NCBI GenBank assembly: GCA_963703345.1
Contig: OY969814.1
Coordinates: 1,344,001-1,408,000 of the forward strand
Origin: an uncultured Chloroflexia bacterium
GTDB taxonomy: Bacteria; Chloroflexota; Dehalococcoidia; DSTF01; JALHUB01
Reading direction: 5' to 3'
Length of the DNA stretch: 64,000 nt
Shown: piece after piece, positions 19,398 through 29,600 of the stretch
How the letters are laid out: each line of letters begins with the position of its first letter
Numbering within the stretch: the first letter of the stretch is position 1
Notes under the pieces: generated by a model
What the model saw: the letters and a program-made list of their open reading frames with translations, nothing else
Told to the model about the DNA's origin: nothing
The model's database searches: none
Translations under genes and position numbers: made by a program

Positions 19398-19653
19398 GCA
19401 GATCCTGGTGGCCGCGTCGTACCGGCGGCTGACCCGCGCCGTCGAAAAATCATCCCTCCGGTCGATGCGCAACACCATCCGTTCGGTCGAATAATTCGAT
19501 GAGTCAGAAGTGGAGCTGCGCCCGAAAAAAGGAGGCTCCGAAGAGGGACATGACGACCACGCGGCGCGAAGCAGGATGCTCAAGGCGCCAAACGGATCGG
19601 CACGCCCCGTGAACGTGTTGGAAACGACTGTCGTGATGAGGTAGGGGGAGAGA

Positions 19654-20856
19654 TTGCTCTACAAGTACGTCGCTTTCGCGCCCTCAGGCGAGCGAATCGT
19701 CGGCTCCGTCGACGCCGCGAGCGAAGACGTCGCTGAGCGCACGCTGTGGGACTGGCATTACAAAGTCGTGCAATTGCGGCGCGTCAGGGTGCGGCCGACG
19801 CTTGACAAGATCATCCCTTCGTTCTTCGGCGTCAAGCCGCGGGAGATCATCAACTTCAGCCGCCACCTGGCCACGCTCGTCGAATCTGGAATCGCGCTCC
19901 TTCAGGCGCTGGAGCTCCTACAGGGGCAGAACCGCGGTCCGTTCGGGCGCGTGCTGGGCGAAATTGCCCGCGATCTGAAGGACGGCTCGCCGTTCTCCGC
20001 CGCCATCGCCAAGCACGACGTCTTCCCGCCGATCTACAGCCGTCTGATGGAGGTCGGCGAGCGCACCGGCAGCCTGGAGACGGTGCTTCGGCGCGTTGCC
20101 TCGCACATGGAGAAGGAGCAGGCGATCGTGAAGAAGGTTCGCGGCGCGATGGCCTATCCGGCGTTCATCGTCGTCCTGGCGGCCGTGGTCGTCGGCATTC
20201 TTGTTACGACGGCGCTTCCGCCGCTGATCAGCCTCTTCGGCGAGTTCAATACGCAACTCCCGCTGCCGACGCGGATCCTTCTCGCCGTCAGCAAGTTCGC
20301 GATAGCCTACAAGATACACATGCTGGTCGTGGCCGTTGCCATCGTGGCGGCGCTTACCTGGCACATCAGGCGGCCGGCAGGACGGCGCCAACTCGATTTC
20401 TTGATGGTGAAGCTGCCTCTCATCGGCGCCATCAACGTCCAGAGCAACGTTTCGCGCTTCAGCCGGACGATGGCGATGCTTCTCCGCGCCGGGCTCCCGC
20501 TCTCCGACATCATGGAGCTCGTCCTTCAGACAACGCAAAACCAGATCGTCCGCGACGCGCTGGTCGGCGTCCGCGAGGACCTGATGCACGGCGAGGGGCT
20601 TTCCAAGCCGTTTGCCAGCTCGGGGCTCTTTCCGTCGATGCTGGCGCAGGTCGTGGCCGTCGGCGAGGAAACGGGCGCGCTGGATACGAACCTGGACACG
20701 CTGGCGGAGTTCTACGCCGCGGAGGTCAACGAGAGGGTCGGGGCGCTGACGTCGATGATCCAGCCGGCCATGACGCTAGTCATCGGGCTGGTCGTCGCCT
20801 TCATTGCCGTATCAATCATCATGCCGATGTACAGCATCATGGGGCACATTCAGTAG
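19654..20856 (+). CDS. pilC: Type IV pilus platform protein (T2SS F family)
   Basis: [35 protein letters not shown]; TTG start after a G-rich RBS. Confidence 0.93.
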   Translation: MLYKYVAFAPSGERIVGSVDAASEDVAERTLWDWHYKVVQLRRVRVRPTLDKIIPSFFGVKPREIINFSRHLATLVESGIALLQALELLQGQNRGPFGRVLGEIARDLKDGSPFSAAIAKHDVFPPIYSRLMEVGERTGSLETVLRRVASHMEKEQAIVKKVRGAMAYPAFIVVLAAVVVGILVTTALPPLISLFGEFNTQLPLPTRILLAVSKFAIAYKIHMLVVAVAIVAALTWHIRRPAGRRQLDFLMVKLPLIGAINVQSNVSRFSRTMAMLLRAGLPLSDIMELVLQTTQNQIVRDALVGVREDLMHGEGLSKPFASSGLFPSMLAQVVAVGEETGALDTNLDTLAEFYAAEVNERVGALTSMIQPAMTLVIGLVVAFIAVSIIMPMYSIMGHIQ

Positions 20857-20858
20857 AG

Positions 20859-21272
20859 ATGACGACAGGAAACGGAATCTCACGAAGAAAGCCGGCGTCT
20901 TTTTCGCCAATGCGACGCGACGAAGAGGGCGTCGGGCTCGTGGAGACGCTGATAGCCGTGGGCATACTCGGTCTCGCCCTCACGGCGCTGCTGGCAGCGG
21001 TCTCGACGGGCAGTCTGGCGACTTCGCGGTCGCAGGAGCGGGTGACGGCGGAGAACATGGCGCGCTCGCAACTGGAGTACGTCAAGAGCCAGCCCTACGC
21101 GACGCCTCCAGCTTCCTACGCCACCGTGACGCCTTCGCCGGGTGGCTACGCGGTCAGCGCTGTCGTGGAGGCGATACCAGACGCCGACAGCGCAATCGAG
21201 AAGGTTACGGTCACCGTCACGCGCGACGGCAAGACGCTGTTCGTGACCGAGGACTACAAGGTAGACCGATGA
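20859..21272 (+). CDS. Minor pilin (PilV-like)
   Basis: Class III signal EEG|[14 protein letters not shown]; ARSQLE. Confidence 0.85.
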   Translation: MTTGNGISRRKPASFSPMRRDEEGVGLVETLIAVGILGLALTALLAAVSTGSLATSRSQERVTAENMARSQLEYVKSQPYATPPASYATVTPSPGGYAVSAVVEAIPDADSAIEKVTVTVTRDGKTLFVTEDYKVDR

Positions 21273-22969
21273 GGTGGAACGCTGGTGAGTCAGGGATGAC
21301 GCTGGTCGAATTGCTGATAGCTCTAGCCATCGGCGGCCTGGTCGTCGGAGTGATCGGCGCGGCGTTGTCGCAGTTCCTGAGGACGACGAGCCGTGGTCAT
21401 GACCAGCTTGCCGTTGTGCATGACCAGCGCGACGCCCTCTCCTGGCTGAGTCGCGATGCCCAGATGGCCGTATCGTCCCTGGCGACGGTTGGGCCCGACG
21501 CCGTCACTCTGAACTGGACTGACCAGGTCACCGGCGATTCCTATCAGAGCCACTATCAGCAGTCGGGGAGCGAGCTCGTGCGCACACTGGCGGTCAACGG
21601 CACGCCCTCCGCTTTGCCGGTCGCGCGCGATCTCCAACCGGATGGGTTCAGCGCCTCGCGGAACGGCGACCTGATAACGGTGCATATAGCCAGCAGCCAG
21701 GGGCAGGAAAGCGCGTCGCGGTCGGAGATGGTGCTGATGCGTCCGCCCCAAGAGGTGATGACGCCCCTCCCGACGCTGCCACCGACGTCCACGCCGACCA
21801 ACACGCCAACCGCCACGCCCACCTTCACGCTGACGCCCACGCCGACGTTCACCTTCACACCAACGCCGACGGACACCGCCACATCGACGGCGACCCATAC
21901 GGTCACGCCCACTCCGACGTCGACGGTCACCCTCACTCCCACGGCAACCCCGACGTTCACTCCGACGCCGTCGCCCACAAACACGCCGACCGCCACGTAT
22001 ACGCCGACGCCGACGCGGACCTTCACGCCGACAGCTACCAATACGCCGACGCCTACGCCATGCGTACCCGCGCTTGTCCAAAAGGCGTCCGGCGTATCAC
22101 AGAACCAGAACGCCACCAGCGTCTCGGCGTCGTTCTCGGCCGCGCCGACCGCCAACCACCTGCTGGTCGCGATCGTCGGCACAGACATCTCAGTAACCAT
22201 CATCACGCCCGTCGGCTGGTCGACCGCCATCAACCAGAGCGGGGCGCCCGGGCAGGCCATCTTCTACAAGGTGGCTGGCGGCTCCGAGTCCAATACCGTC
22301 ACGGTCACTGTCTCGAGCGGTACCCAGTTGGGACTGCAGATCTACGAATACAGCGGTGTGGCCACTACCTCGCCGCTCGATCAGACAGCATCGTCTACCG
22401 GCAGCAGCAATTCACCGTCCTCAGGGAGCGTCACGACCACGGGGGCCAACGACCTTCTCATCGCGGGTGTTGTCATCCAGGCCGACACCAGTTTCAGCAA
22501 CTGGACCAACTCCTTCAATGAAGAGTCTGACTTTAACAACACCGGAGGGAATCCCAAACGTAGTTACGCCGGCGCGGACCGCATAGTGACGGCGACCGGC
22601 ACGTACTCCACCACGGCGACCACGACGGTGTCGGGAGCCTGGCGCGGGCAGATCGTCTCGTTCAAGGCAGCGCCCGCCTGCACGGGGACATCTACGGCTA
22701 CCTACCAGGGGAACAGCACCGACAACCAGTCGATCACCGGTCTCGCCTTCCAACTTCTGCTGGTGTGGCTCAAGCGGGCTGGCGCGCAGGGCGGCGTGTG
22801 GCGTCCCGCGAGCATCGTCGGCGACCACACCCTCTACTGCGACGCGACGGCCTTCACCACTCTCCGCACCGAGGCGCTGCAAGCGGACGGCTTCCAGGTG
22901 GGCACTAACGTCACGGCCAACAACAATGGCAGCACTTATTACTGCCCTGCTCCGCGACATGGTGGCTGA
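21269..22969 (+). CDS. Large minor pilin (PilW-like head, about 100-aa Thr/Pro linker, C-terminal beta-rich domains)
   Basis: ESG|[14 protein letters not shown]; ATGA coupling to upstream gene; TPT repeats at 21761..22060. Confidence 0.88.
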   Translation: MRWNAGESGMTLVELLIALAIGGLVVGVIGAALSQFLRTTSRGHDQLAVVHDQRDALSWLSRDAQMAVSSLATVGPDAVTLNWTDQVTGDSYQSHYQQSGSELVRTLAVNGTPSALPVARDLQPDGFSASRNGDLITVHIASSQGQESASRSEMVLMRPPQEVMTPLPTLPPTSTPTNTPTATPTFTLTPTPTFTFTPTPTDTATSTATHTVTPTPTSTVTLTPTATPTFTPTPSPTNTPTATYTPTPTRTFTPTATNTPTPTPCVPALVQKASGVSQNQNATSVSASFSAAPTANHLLVAIVGTDISVTIITPVGWSTAINQSGAPGQAIFYKVAGGSESNTVTVTVSSGTQLGLQIYEYSGVATTSPLDQTASSTGSSNSPSSGSVTTTGANDLLIAGVVIQADTSFSNWTNSFNEESDFNNTGGNPKRSYAGADRIVTATGTYSTTATTTVSGAWRGQIVSFKAAPACTGTSTATYQGNSTDNQSITGLAFQLLLVWLKRAGAQGGVWRPASIVGDHTLYCDATAFTTLRTEALQADGFQVGTNVTANNNGSTYYCPAPRHGG

Positions 22970-23745
22970 TGAAGATTAGCGCACGGATCGACACAACAAC
23001 GATGGGCCGTAGAAGCGCCCTTTTCCTGGCGAGGCTCCTGCGCCTCACGAACGACTCACGCGGGCAGTTCCTGCCGCTGGCCCTGGCCGCGATGGGCATC
23101 GGCGCCGTGCTGGTCACGCCTTTCCTGGTCGATGCCAGCGTCAACTTGCTCGCGAGCCGCCACGTCGATGCGGCAATCAAGGACCAGTACTCCGCGGACT
23201 CGGGGGTCGAATGGGCGTTGTGGCGACTCAAGAACAACCCCGAACTGACAGCCGACACCTCCTACTCGGAAGCGCCGCTCCAGCCGACGCCCGCTGCCGT
23301 CAACGACGCGCCCTTCCCGACGACCGAGATCCGCCGCGTCGCGAACGCCGGCATGTCACGGACGATCACGCCGGCGTGGCAGAGCGGCGCCGGCCCAAAG
23401 TGCTACGACTTCACTTCGTCGGAGCTGGGGAACGTATTCGGCATCGTCGAGGTCCAGGCGACGTCCGTGTGGATGACACTCCTGCCGGAGGCGGCGCCCT
23501 GCACTCGGCCTGCCGGTCTCGGGCCCATGGACGGCTCTTCGCCCTACCGGCAGCAGTACTCGAATGTGACGCCGGACGCCTACAAGCTCTACGTGGAGAC
23601 TTCGCCGGTTGCCACGGGCACCGTGACGATCAACTACCCCGTCGCAGCCTATGACATTCGGTCGACGCGGCACGGGCACACGACGACTTCCCGGGCGACG
23701 GCGAGCGCGGACGGCGTCCAGATCATCTCCTGGAAACTGGAGTAG
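22969..23745 (+). CDS. PilX-like minor pilin
   Basis: SRG|QFLPLAL lacking Glu+5, YSADSGVEWAL, C-terminal IISW. Confidence 0.78.
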   Translation: MKISARIDTTTMGRRSALFLARLLRLTNDSRGQFLPLALAAMGIGAVLVTPFLVDASVNLLASRHVDAAIKDQYSADSGVEWALWRLKNNPELTADTSYSEAPLQPTPAAVNDAPFPTTEIRRVANAGMSRTITPAWQSGAGPKCYDFTSSELGNVFGIVEVQATSVWMTLLPEAAPCTRPAGLGPMDGSSPYRQQYSNVTPDAYKLYVETSPVATGTVTINYPVAAYDIRSTRHGHTTTSRATASADGVQIISWKLE

Positions 23746-23755
23746 CGAGAGTAGA

Positions 23756-24421
23756 ATGCTGAGATCGGTGCAATCATTCGACCTGATGAAGTGGCTGGAG
23801 GCCACGAAGATAAAGCCGAGCAAGATGCTGCTCGGTCTTGGCGGCATACTGGTCATTGCCTACCTCGTCGTCGGCGCCTCCTATATAAAGGAGCGACAGG
23901 CGCAGTCCGGCATCAAAGAGCAGGTCACGAACGGCGGCGGCACCCTCTCCGGCGTCGGCGACTCCGGTCAGGCGGTGAAAGAGTTGCAGGCCCGGCTTTC
24001 TGAGGTAAAGGCGCAAACGGAAACGCTGGCGAAAGCATTCCCGACGAAGCTGGATAGCGCGACCATCGTTTCCGCTATGCTGCAGAACGCCGACCAGAAC
24101 CACCTGAGCATCAAGCAGATGAGCGCGCTTCCCGCCACCGAATTGAAGACCGGCGGCAAGGATGACAGCAGCGTGTACACCGTTTTGAAGTACACGCTTG
24201 TCCTGGACGGTGGGCTGACGGACATGATCGCCTTCCTCGCGACAATCGAAGGCGGCGCGACGCAGACCGCAGCGGTGGACCAGATGACGATAGCGGACGT
24301 CGGCGCGCAGAAGGAGATGACGGTCGGTGTCTCCCTCTACTCCCGCTCGGTGCCGTCGACGACGGCGACGCCCGGCGGAACGCCCGCTCCGCAGGCCACC
24401 GCGGCGCCGGGATCGAATTGA
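23756..24421 (+). CDS. pilO: PilO-like alignment protein
   Basis: Single N-terminal TM, coiled coil, G.L.DMIAFL..IE motif; operon position. Confidence 0.7.
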   Translation: MLRSVQSFDLMKWLEATKIKPSKMLLGLGGILVIAYLVVGASYIKERQAQSGIKEQVTNGGGTLSGVGDSGQAVKELQARLSEVKAQTETLAKAFPTKLDSATIVSAMLQNADQNHLSIKQMSALPATELKTGGKDDSSVYTVLKYTLVLDGGLTDMIAFLATIEGGATQTAAVDQMTIADVGAQKEMTVGVSLYSRSVPSTTATPGGTPAPQATAAPGSN

Positions 24422-25356
24422 GGCTGACGCTCATGAGGCTCTCCTTTCCCAAACCCGCCTTGACCCTGCCGGTCATGCTCCAGAAGCCTACCGTGACCGT
24501 CAACATCGAGGGGCACGCCATCCGAACACTCGCGGTGAGGGGGAACATCGTCGTGTCCTGGGAGGAGGCGCCGCTGGACTTCGGTGTCGTGCGCGAAGGC
24601 GTCGTCGCTGACCCGGAGCGGGCGGGCGCTGCACTGGCGGCCGTCCTCGATTCGCAGCACCTTCTTGGCGGGAACCTCATCGCCTGCGTCACCGGCTTTC
24701 GCTCGATAGCGCGCGTCCTCGAGCTGCCGAAGATGGGCGAAGATCTGCTGGAAGAGGCCGTAACGCGGGAGGCGAAGCGGGAGATGCCGGTGCCGATGGA
24801 AGACATCCACCTTTCCTGGCAGGCGCTCGACGCAGAGGACGCAAAACAGCGGATATTCGCTCTGGGCGTTCCGCGCGACATCCTCGACCCGCTACTGAAG
24901 ATGATGACGGTGGCGAAGCGCCGCCCGTGCGCGGTCAACATAAAGCCGCTGGCCTTAGCCAGGATCTGCGGCGAGGAGGAGGCGATAATCGGCGACATCG
25001 AGCCGAATAGCGCCGACGTAGTCGTCGTCACGAAGGGGATTCCGGTCATCATGCGGACGGTCATGGACAGGGGCGGCGAAGCCGGCGACGAGGCGCGGGT
25101 CGCGCGCTTCCGCGACGAGCTCGCCCGTACGATCAAGTTCTACAACGACACGCATCGGCAGGAGCCGCTGGAGCCATCGACGCCAATCTTCCTCACCGGG
25201 TCGCTTGCCGAGATGGTGGCAGCCGAGCCGCTGCAGTCGCTAGAGGCGCTGGAGCAGTATTCCGTGCAGCCTCTTTCGCCGCCGCTCGCCTACCCGCCGG
25301 AGCTGCCGGTCCATACCTATGCCGTCAACCTCGGGCTGGCGCTGAAGGAGGTGTGA
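24418..25356 (+). CDS. pilM: Type IV pilus assembly protein PilM
   Basis: GVVREGVVADP, ELPK, ELARTIKFY, IFLTG, YAVNLGLALK. Confidence 0.85.
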   Translation: MRLTLMRLSFPKPALTLPVMLQKPTVTVNIEGHAIRTLAVRGNIVVSWEEAPLDFGVVREGVVADPERAGAALAAVLDSQHLLGGNLIACVTGFRSIARVLELPKMGEDLLEEAVTREAKREMPVPMEDIHLSWQALDAEDAKQRIFALGVPRDILDPLLKMMTVAKRRPCAVNIKPLALARICGEEEAIIGDIEPNSADVVVVTKGIPVIMRTVMDRGGEAGDEARVARFRDELARTIKFYNDTHRQEPLEPSTPIFLTGSLAEMVAAEPLQSLEALEQYSVQPLSPPLAYPPELPVHTYAVNLGLALKEV

Positions 25357-25943
25357 CGATGCATCGCAGCTTGACAGCGCAGAGAAGCAAACTGATAGAC
25401 CTGAACGTCCTGCCGCAGGAGATGCGCCCCCTGCGCTACCCCGGCTGGTACGTGCTCGGGCTCACCGCCATCATGATCGGCTGCGTGCTGCTGGTGCCGG
25501 CCATCATCTTGCAGCGCTCCGCCAACAATCAGACCGCCGACCTGAACCACCAATTGCTTCTGATCTCGGGCCAACTGACGGGCGTCCAGATGGACATCGG
25601 CCGGGAGAGAGGGCTGCGCATGGAGATCACGCAGGCGGAGGCGGCGCTCGCCGCCGTGCAGGCCGAGCGGAAGACGGTCCTCGGAATGGACACGCCGGTA
25701 TCGAAAGACCTGCGGGTCCTCTACGCCGCCGCTCCGCCGGGCCTGCGCATCACGTCGGCCTCGAAGAGCGAGAGCAAGATCGTGGCGTCCGGGCAGGCGC
25801 CGAGCATCGAAAGCGTCATCGCCTTTGCGTCGGCCCTGAACGCGGACGGATCGTTCTCCGGCGTCACTATCACTTCGTTGGGAACGGCTGCCGGTGGAGG
25901 AGGCGGCTCGTCGCCGGCGTTCACAGTGGAGGTGGCGCAATAG
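25353..25943 (+). CDS. pilN: PilN-like protein
   Basis: IDLNVLP (INLLP-like), TM, coiled coil, P.GLRITS, G.A. Confidence 0.82.
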   Translation: MTMHRSLTAQRSKLIDLNVLPQEMRPLRYPGWYVLGLTAIMIGCVLLVPAIILQRSANNQTADLNHQLLLISGQLTGVQMDIGRERGLRMEITQAEAALAAVQAERKTVLGMDTPVSKDLRVLYAAAPPGLRITSASKSESKIVASGQAPSIESVIAFASALNADGSFSGVTITSLGTAAGGGGGSSPAFTVEVAQ

Positions 25944-26320
25944 ACGCGACCACAAACATCGCAATCGTCATTTGCGGGCTGGCGGTGGGAAGCTTTCTAA
26001 ACGTCTGCATCGACCGGCTGCCGCGCGGGCAATCGCTGTTCAGTCCGCGTTCCCATTGCGACGCGTGCAAGACGCCGCTGGGCGCGCGCGACCTCGTTCC
26101 GGTTGCCAGCTACCTCTTTCTGCGAGGCAAATGCCGCTACTGCGACGCCGCCATCCCCTTGCGCGCGCCGGTCGTCGAGATTGCCGCAGCGTCGGTCTTT
26201 GGAATCTGCGGGCTGCTGCTAGAGAGCGTCTGGCTGGCTCTTGCCGCCGGCGCGCTGGCCTGCGCGCTCGTCGCCGCGGCCGTCGTCGCAATCGAACAGC
26301 GCCCCCTACGAACTGAATGA
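25940..26320 (+). CDS. Prepilin peptidase N-terminal (zinc/methyltransferase) domain only; probable ATA start
   Basis: GSFLNVCIDRLP, RSHCDAC, RGKCRYC; ends AIEQRPLRTE* with no GxGD; GGAGGTG RBS 5 nt before ATA overlapping the pilN TAG. Confidence 0.8.
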   Translation: MDATTNIAIVICGLAVGSFLNVCIDRLPRGQSLFSPRSHCDACKTPLGARDLVPVASYLFLRGKCRYCDAAIPLRAPVVEIAAASVFGICGLLLESVWLALAAGALACALVAAAVVAIEQRPLRTE

Positions 26321-26333
26321 GGAGGAACCGCCA

Positions 26334-27431
26334 ATGACATTCGACAGCCAGGGCCAAATGACCGCCGCCTCGCTGCTCAGGCGCATGGTGGACACGGAAG
26401 CCTCTGACCTTCATCTGAAGGTCGGCTCGCCGCCCGTCCTGCGCATCAACGGCGAGCTTCAGCCGCAGGACCTTCCGACTCTGAGCCCGGCGGCCGCTGA
26501 ATCGATGCTGAAACAGATAACCGACGAGGAGCAGCGAGAGCGCTTTGAGGAGGAGAAGGAGATCGACTTCTCCTGCACGCTGGAGGGAGTTGGGCGCTTT
26601 CGCGTGAACGCCGCTCTTCAGCGAGGAACGATAACGCTTGCCTTCCGGCTCGTGAAAGAGCACATTCCGTCGCTGCAAGAGATCGGCCTTCCCGAGATCT
26701 GCGGCCACCTTGCGCTCAAGCCGCGCGGCCTGGTGCTGGTGACCGGTCCTACCGGCTGCGGCAAGTCGACGACGCTGGCGGCCATGATCGAGTACCTCAA
26801 CGAGCGGGAGCGGCGCCACGTCATCTGCATCGAAGACCCTATCGAATACATCCACTCCAATAACCTCTGCCTGATATCACAGCGGGAGCTCGGACTGGAC
26901 ACGCTGTCATTCGCGGACGCCCTCTCCCACGCCCTGCGCCAGGACCCCGACGTCATCCTCGTCGGCGAGATGCGCGACCTGGCGACGATATCGGCGGCGC
27001 TTACGGCGGCGGAGACGGGACACCTCGTACTGACCACGCTGCACACGCCCAGCGCGCCACAGACCATCGACCGCATCATCGATGTTTTCCCGCCGCACCA
27101 GCAGCAGCAGGTCAGGGTGCAGCTATCGCTCGTGCTCGAAGCCGTGCTCTGCCAGACGCTGCTGCCGCGCGCCGACGGGACAGGCCGAGTCGCCGCGGCG
27201 GAGATAATGGTCGCGACTTCGGCGATTCGCAACCTGATAAGAGAGAGCAAGACGCATCAGTTGTTGAATGTGATCCAGACCGGCGCCCAGTTCGGGATGC
27301 GCACGCTCGACCAGGACCTGGCGGTGCTGTGCCAGAGCGGCATCGTCAGGACAGAAGACGCGCTGTCGCGTTGCCAGAACCCCGAGGAGCTGAAGCGCCT
27401 GCTGCTGTTCAAGGAGAGCGCCGCCGCCTAG
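26334..27431 (+). CDS. pilT: Type IV pilus retraction ATPase
   Basis: ASDLHL, GPTGCGKST, EDPIE, LRQDPD, TLH, AIRNLIRE. Confidence 0.95.
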   Translation: MTFDSQGQMTAASLLRRMVDTEASDLHLKVGSPPVLRINGELQPQDLPTLSPAAAESMLKQITDEEQRERFEEEKEIDFSCTLEGVGRFRVNAALQRGTITLAFRLVKEHIPSLQEIGLPEICGHLALKPRGLVLVTGPTGCGKSTTLAAMIEYLNERERRHVICIEDPIEYIHSNNLCLISQRELGLDTLSFADALSHALRQDPDVILVGEMRDLATISAALTAAETGHLVLTTLHTPSAPQTIDRIIDVFPPHQQQQVRVQLSLVLEAVLCQTLLPRADGTGRVAAAEIMVATSAIRNLIRESKTHQLLNVIQTGAQFGMRTLDQDLAVLCQSGIVRTEDALSRCQNPEELKRLLLFKESAAA

Positions 27432-27458
27432 CGGGTCGGGCTCGATCGGAAGGAGACG

Positions 27459-29456
27459 ATGAGTCGGCGATTCCTGGCATCCGCGCAGCGGGACTACCGC
27501 GTCTGCGCCGCCCTCACCGGGCTGCTGGCGTTCATCGTCTACCTCCGCACCCTGGCGCCCACCGTCATGTGGTACGACATGGGCGAGCTGACGACGACCT
27601 CCTATGTGCTCGGCATCGCTCACAACACCGGCTATCCGCTCTACATCCTGCTGGGCAAGCTGTTCACCTTCCTGCCGGTCGGCGACGTCGCTTACCGAGT
27701 GAACCTGATGTCGGCGGTGTTCGCGGCGCTGACGGTGGCGACGGTCTTTCTCATCGTTCACGAGCTGACAGAGAGCCGCTTCGCCGCCCTCATCGGGTCG
27801 CTCACGCTCGCCTTCTCTTCGACGTTCTGGTCGAACGCCAACTGGGCCGAGTCATACTCCCTGAACGCCTTCTCGACGGCGCTCATCACGCTGCTGCTGC
27901 TACGTTGGCGCGAGAGCGGGAAGACCTGGCAGTTGTATCTGGTGTTCCTGGTCTTTGGGCTCAGTCTGGGCAATCATCGCCTCATCTTGCTGTTGACGCC
28001 GGGCATCCTGGCTTTCCTGTGGTCGGGGAGGCAGGCGCTGGACCGCGGGCGACTGTTCCGGGGCGGGCTCGTGTTCCTGCTCGGACTTTCCGTGTACCTT
28101 TACCTGCCGATACGTGGATCGCAGAACCCTTCCCTCAACTGGGCCAAGCCGGGTGACCTTCAGACGTACCTGAGCATGTTCCTAAGCGGCGATAGCAGCG
28201 GCCGGTACTGGGACTTCGCCTTCTTCGACCGGCTCGACGTCCTCGCCCGCTTCCCGCTGAACGAGTTCTCGGTCTTCGGGCTCGCGCTGGCCGTCGTCGG
28301 CCTGGTCTATGTCTGGCGACGGCGCCGGGTCCTGGCGGTCTACGGCCTCTCGCTGTGCGTTCTCGTCGGATTCGTGGTGCTGACCTACAGCATCCACAAC
28401 GTCTACAACTACCTGATACCTGCCTATCTGCTGCTGGCGGTATGGACCGGCTGCGGTGCCCAGGCGCTGCTGTCGTTCGGCCTCCAACTGGCGGACGTGC
28501 GACGGCTGCGCTGGGCGCAATCCGGCCAGTACCTCTTCTCACCGCTCGCCGCCGCCGTGCTGCTCCTGCTGCCGGTCTGGCTCGTCGCCCGCAACCTGCC
28601 GCGGGTGGACCGGAGCGACGACTACAGCGCCCACGACTTCGCGCTGACGACGCTGGACGGCGTGAAGCCGCACGCCACGATCATCACCGATAGCTGGACC
28701 GCTTCGCCGCTCTGGTACGCCCAGCTCGTCGAGGGGTACCGCCACGACGTGCTGGTGTCGCCGCTGTTCTCCGTGCCCGGCGAGGACGTGAACAGCTTCA
28801 TTGAGGAACAGCTTCGGCAAGGACGACCCGTCTACGTGGCGGAGGGGCTTCGCGGCGGCGTGTCGACGATAGCGAAGGGGTACCACGTGCAGCCCGTCCT
28901 CCTCGACGGCATCGAGACGATGGTCACCAACGTCCTCCCTAAGCCGGAGTACAAGGACGACCTGGTCCGCAACGGCTCGCTCTACCGTGTTCTGACGGAT
29001 GAGCCCTCGCTTACCGTCAACGCCGTCCCCCATGGCGCGCGGACGCTCGTGAGCTTCGGCGGCGGGCTCGACCTCGTCGGCTTCCGGGCCGATCCACCGG
29101 TCGCCCAGCGCGGCGACATCGTGCGTTTGGACTACTACTGGCTGCTTTCCGACAAGACGGACGCAGACTTGCTGGCGCGGCTCTTCTTCACCGATAGCGA
29201 CGGCCTTGTGGCGACGCGCCGCGGCTTCCCGCTCTGGTGGCAGGGCTGGGAGCTGGGAGCCGGCGCGCGCCCGACGAGCATGTGGGAGCCCGGCCGTATC
29301 GTCAAAGAGGAGTACTATCTGCTCGTGCCGCGGGACGTGGCGCCGGGAACCTACAACCTGAATCTGAAGATCCGCGACGCATCATCCGGCCTCTCGCTCG
29401 AATCCGAGGGCAGCACGGGCGATGGCGCCGTCATCGGCTCCCTGACGGTACGCTGA
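27459..29456 (+). CDS. DUF2723/TMEM260-like GT-C glycosyltransferase
   Basis: YLRTLAPTV.WYDMGEL, LGIAH.TGYPLY, AYRVNLMS, ESYSLN, GNH, NPSLNW; C-terminal W..G....E beta domain. Confidence 0.88.
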   Translation: MSRRFLASAQRDYRVCAALTGLLAFIVYLRTLAPTVMWYDMGELTTTSYVLGIAHNTGYPLYILLGKLFTFLPVGDVAYRVNLMSAVFAALTVATVFLIVHELTESRFAALIGSLTLAFSSTFWSNANWAESYSLNAFSTALITLLLLRWRESGKTWQLYLVFLVFGLSLGNHRLILLLTPGILAFLWSGRQALDRGRLFRGGLVFLLGLSVYLYLPIRGSQNPSLNWAKPGDLQTYLSMFLSGDSSGRYWDFAFFDRLDVLARFPLNEFSVFGLALAVVGLVYVWRRRRVLAVYGLSLCVLVGFVVLTYSIHNVYNYLIPAYLLLAVWTGCGAQALLSFGLQLADVRRLRWAQSGQYLFSPLAAAVLLLLPVWLVARNLPRVDRSDDYSAHDFALTTLDGVKPHATIITDSWTASPLWYAQLVEGYRHDVLVSPLFSVPGEDVNSFIEEQLRQGRPVYVAEGLRGGVSTIAKGYHVQPVLLDGIETMVTNVLPKPEYKDDLVRNGSLYRVLTDEPSLTVNAVPHGARTLVSFGGGLDLVGFRADPPVAQRGDIVRLDYYWLLSDKTDADLLARLFFTDSDGLVATRRGFPLWWQGWELGAGARPTSMWEPGRIVKEEYYLLVPRDVAPGTYNLNLKIRDASSGLSLESEGSTGDGAVIGSLTVR

Positions 29457-29600
29457 TGCGTACCCCTTTTGTGGTATCCTCGAATCCCTCCGCTGATAGA
29501 TAGACGTTCCCCCGACCTCCGCCGATCTAACGATTGTAGGGCAGAACGCATATCAGGCGTGCCCAAGAATCGCGATTATGCCCAAACCGGAGGTCTATTG

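Noticed and set aside
19385-19653. Cyclic di-GMP riboswitch upstream of pilC (also checked upstream of pilA)
   Set aside because: No GEMM-type GGCAAA/GAAA/CGCAAA architecture visible
20804-21268. N-terminal extension of the 721-aa ORF
   Set aside because: Overlaps the real minor pilin in another frame; the class III signal places the start at 21269
21761-22060. CRISPR array or DNA tandem repeat
   Set aside because: Repetition is at the amino-acid level with variable codons; no fixed repeat-spacer pattern or cas genes
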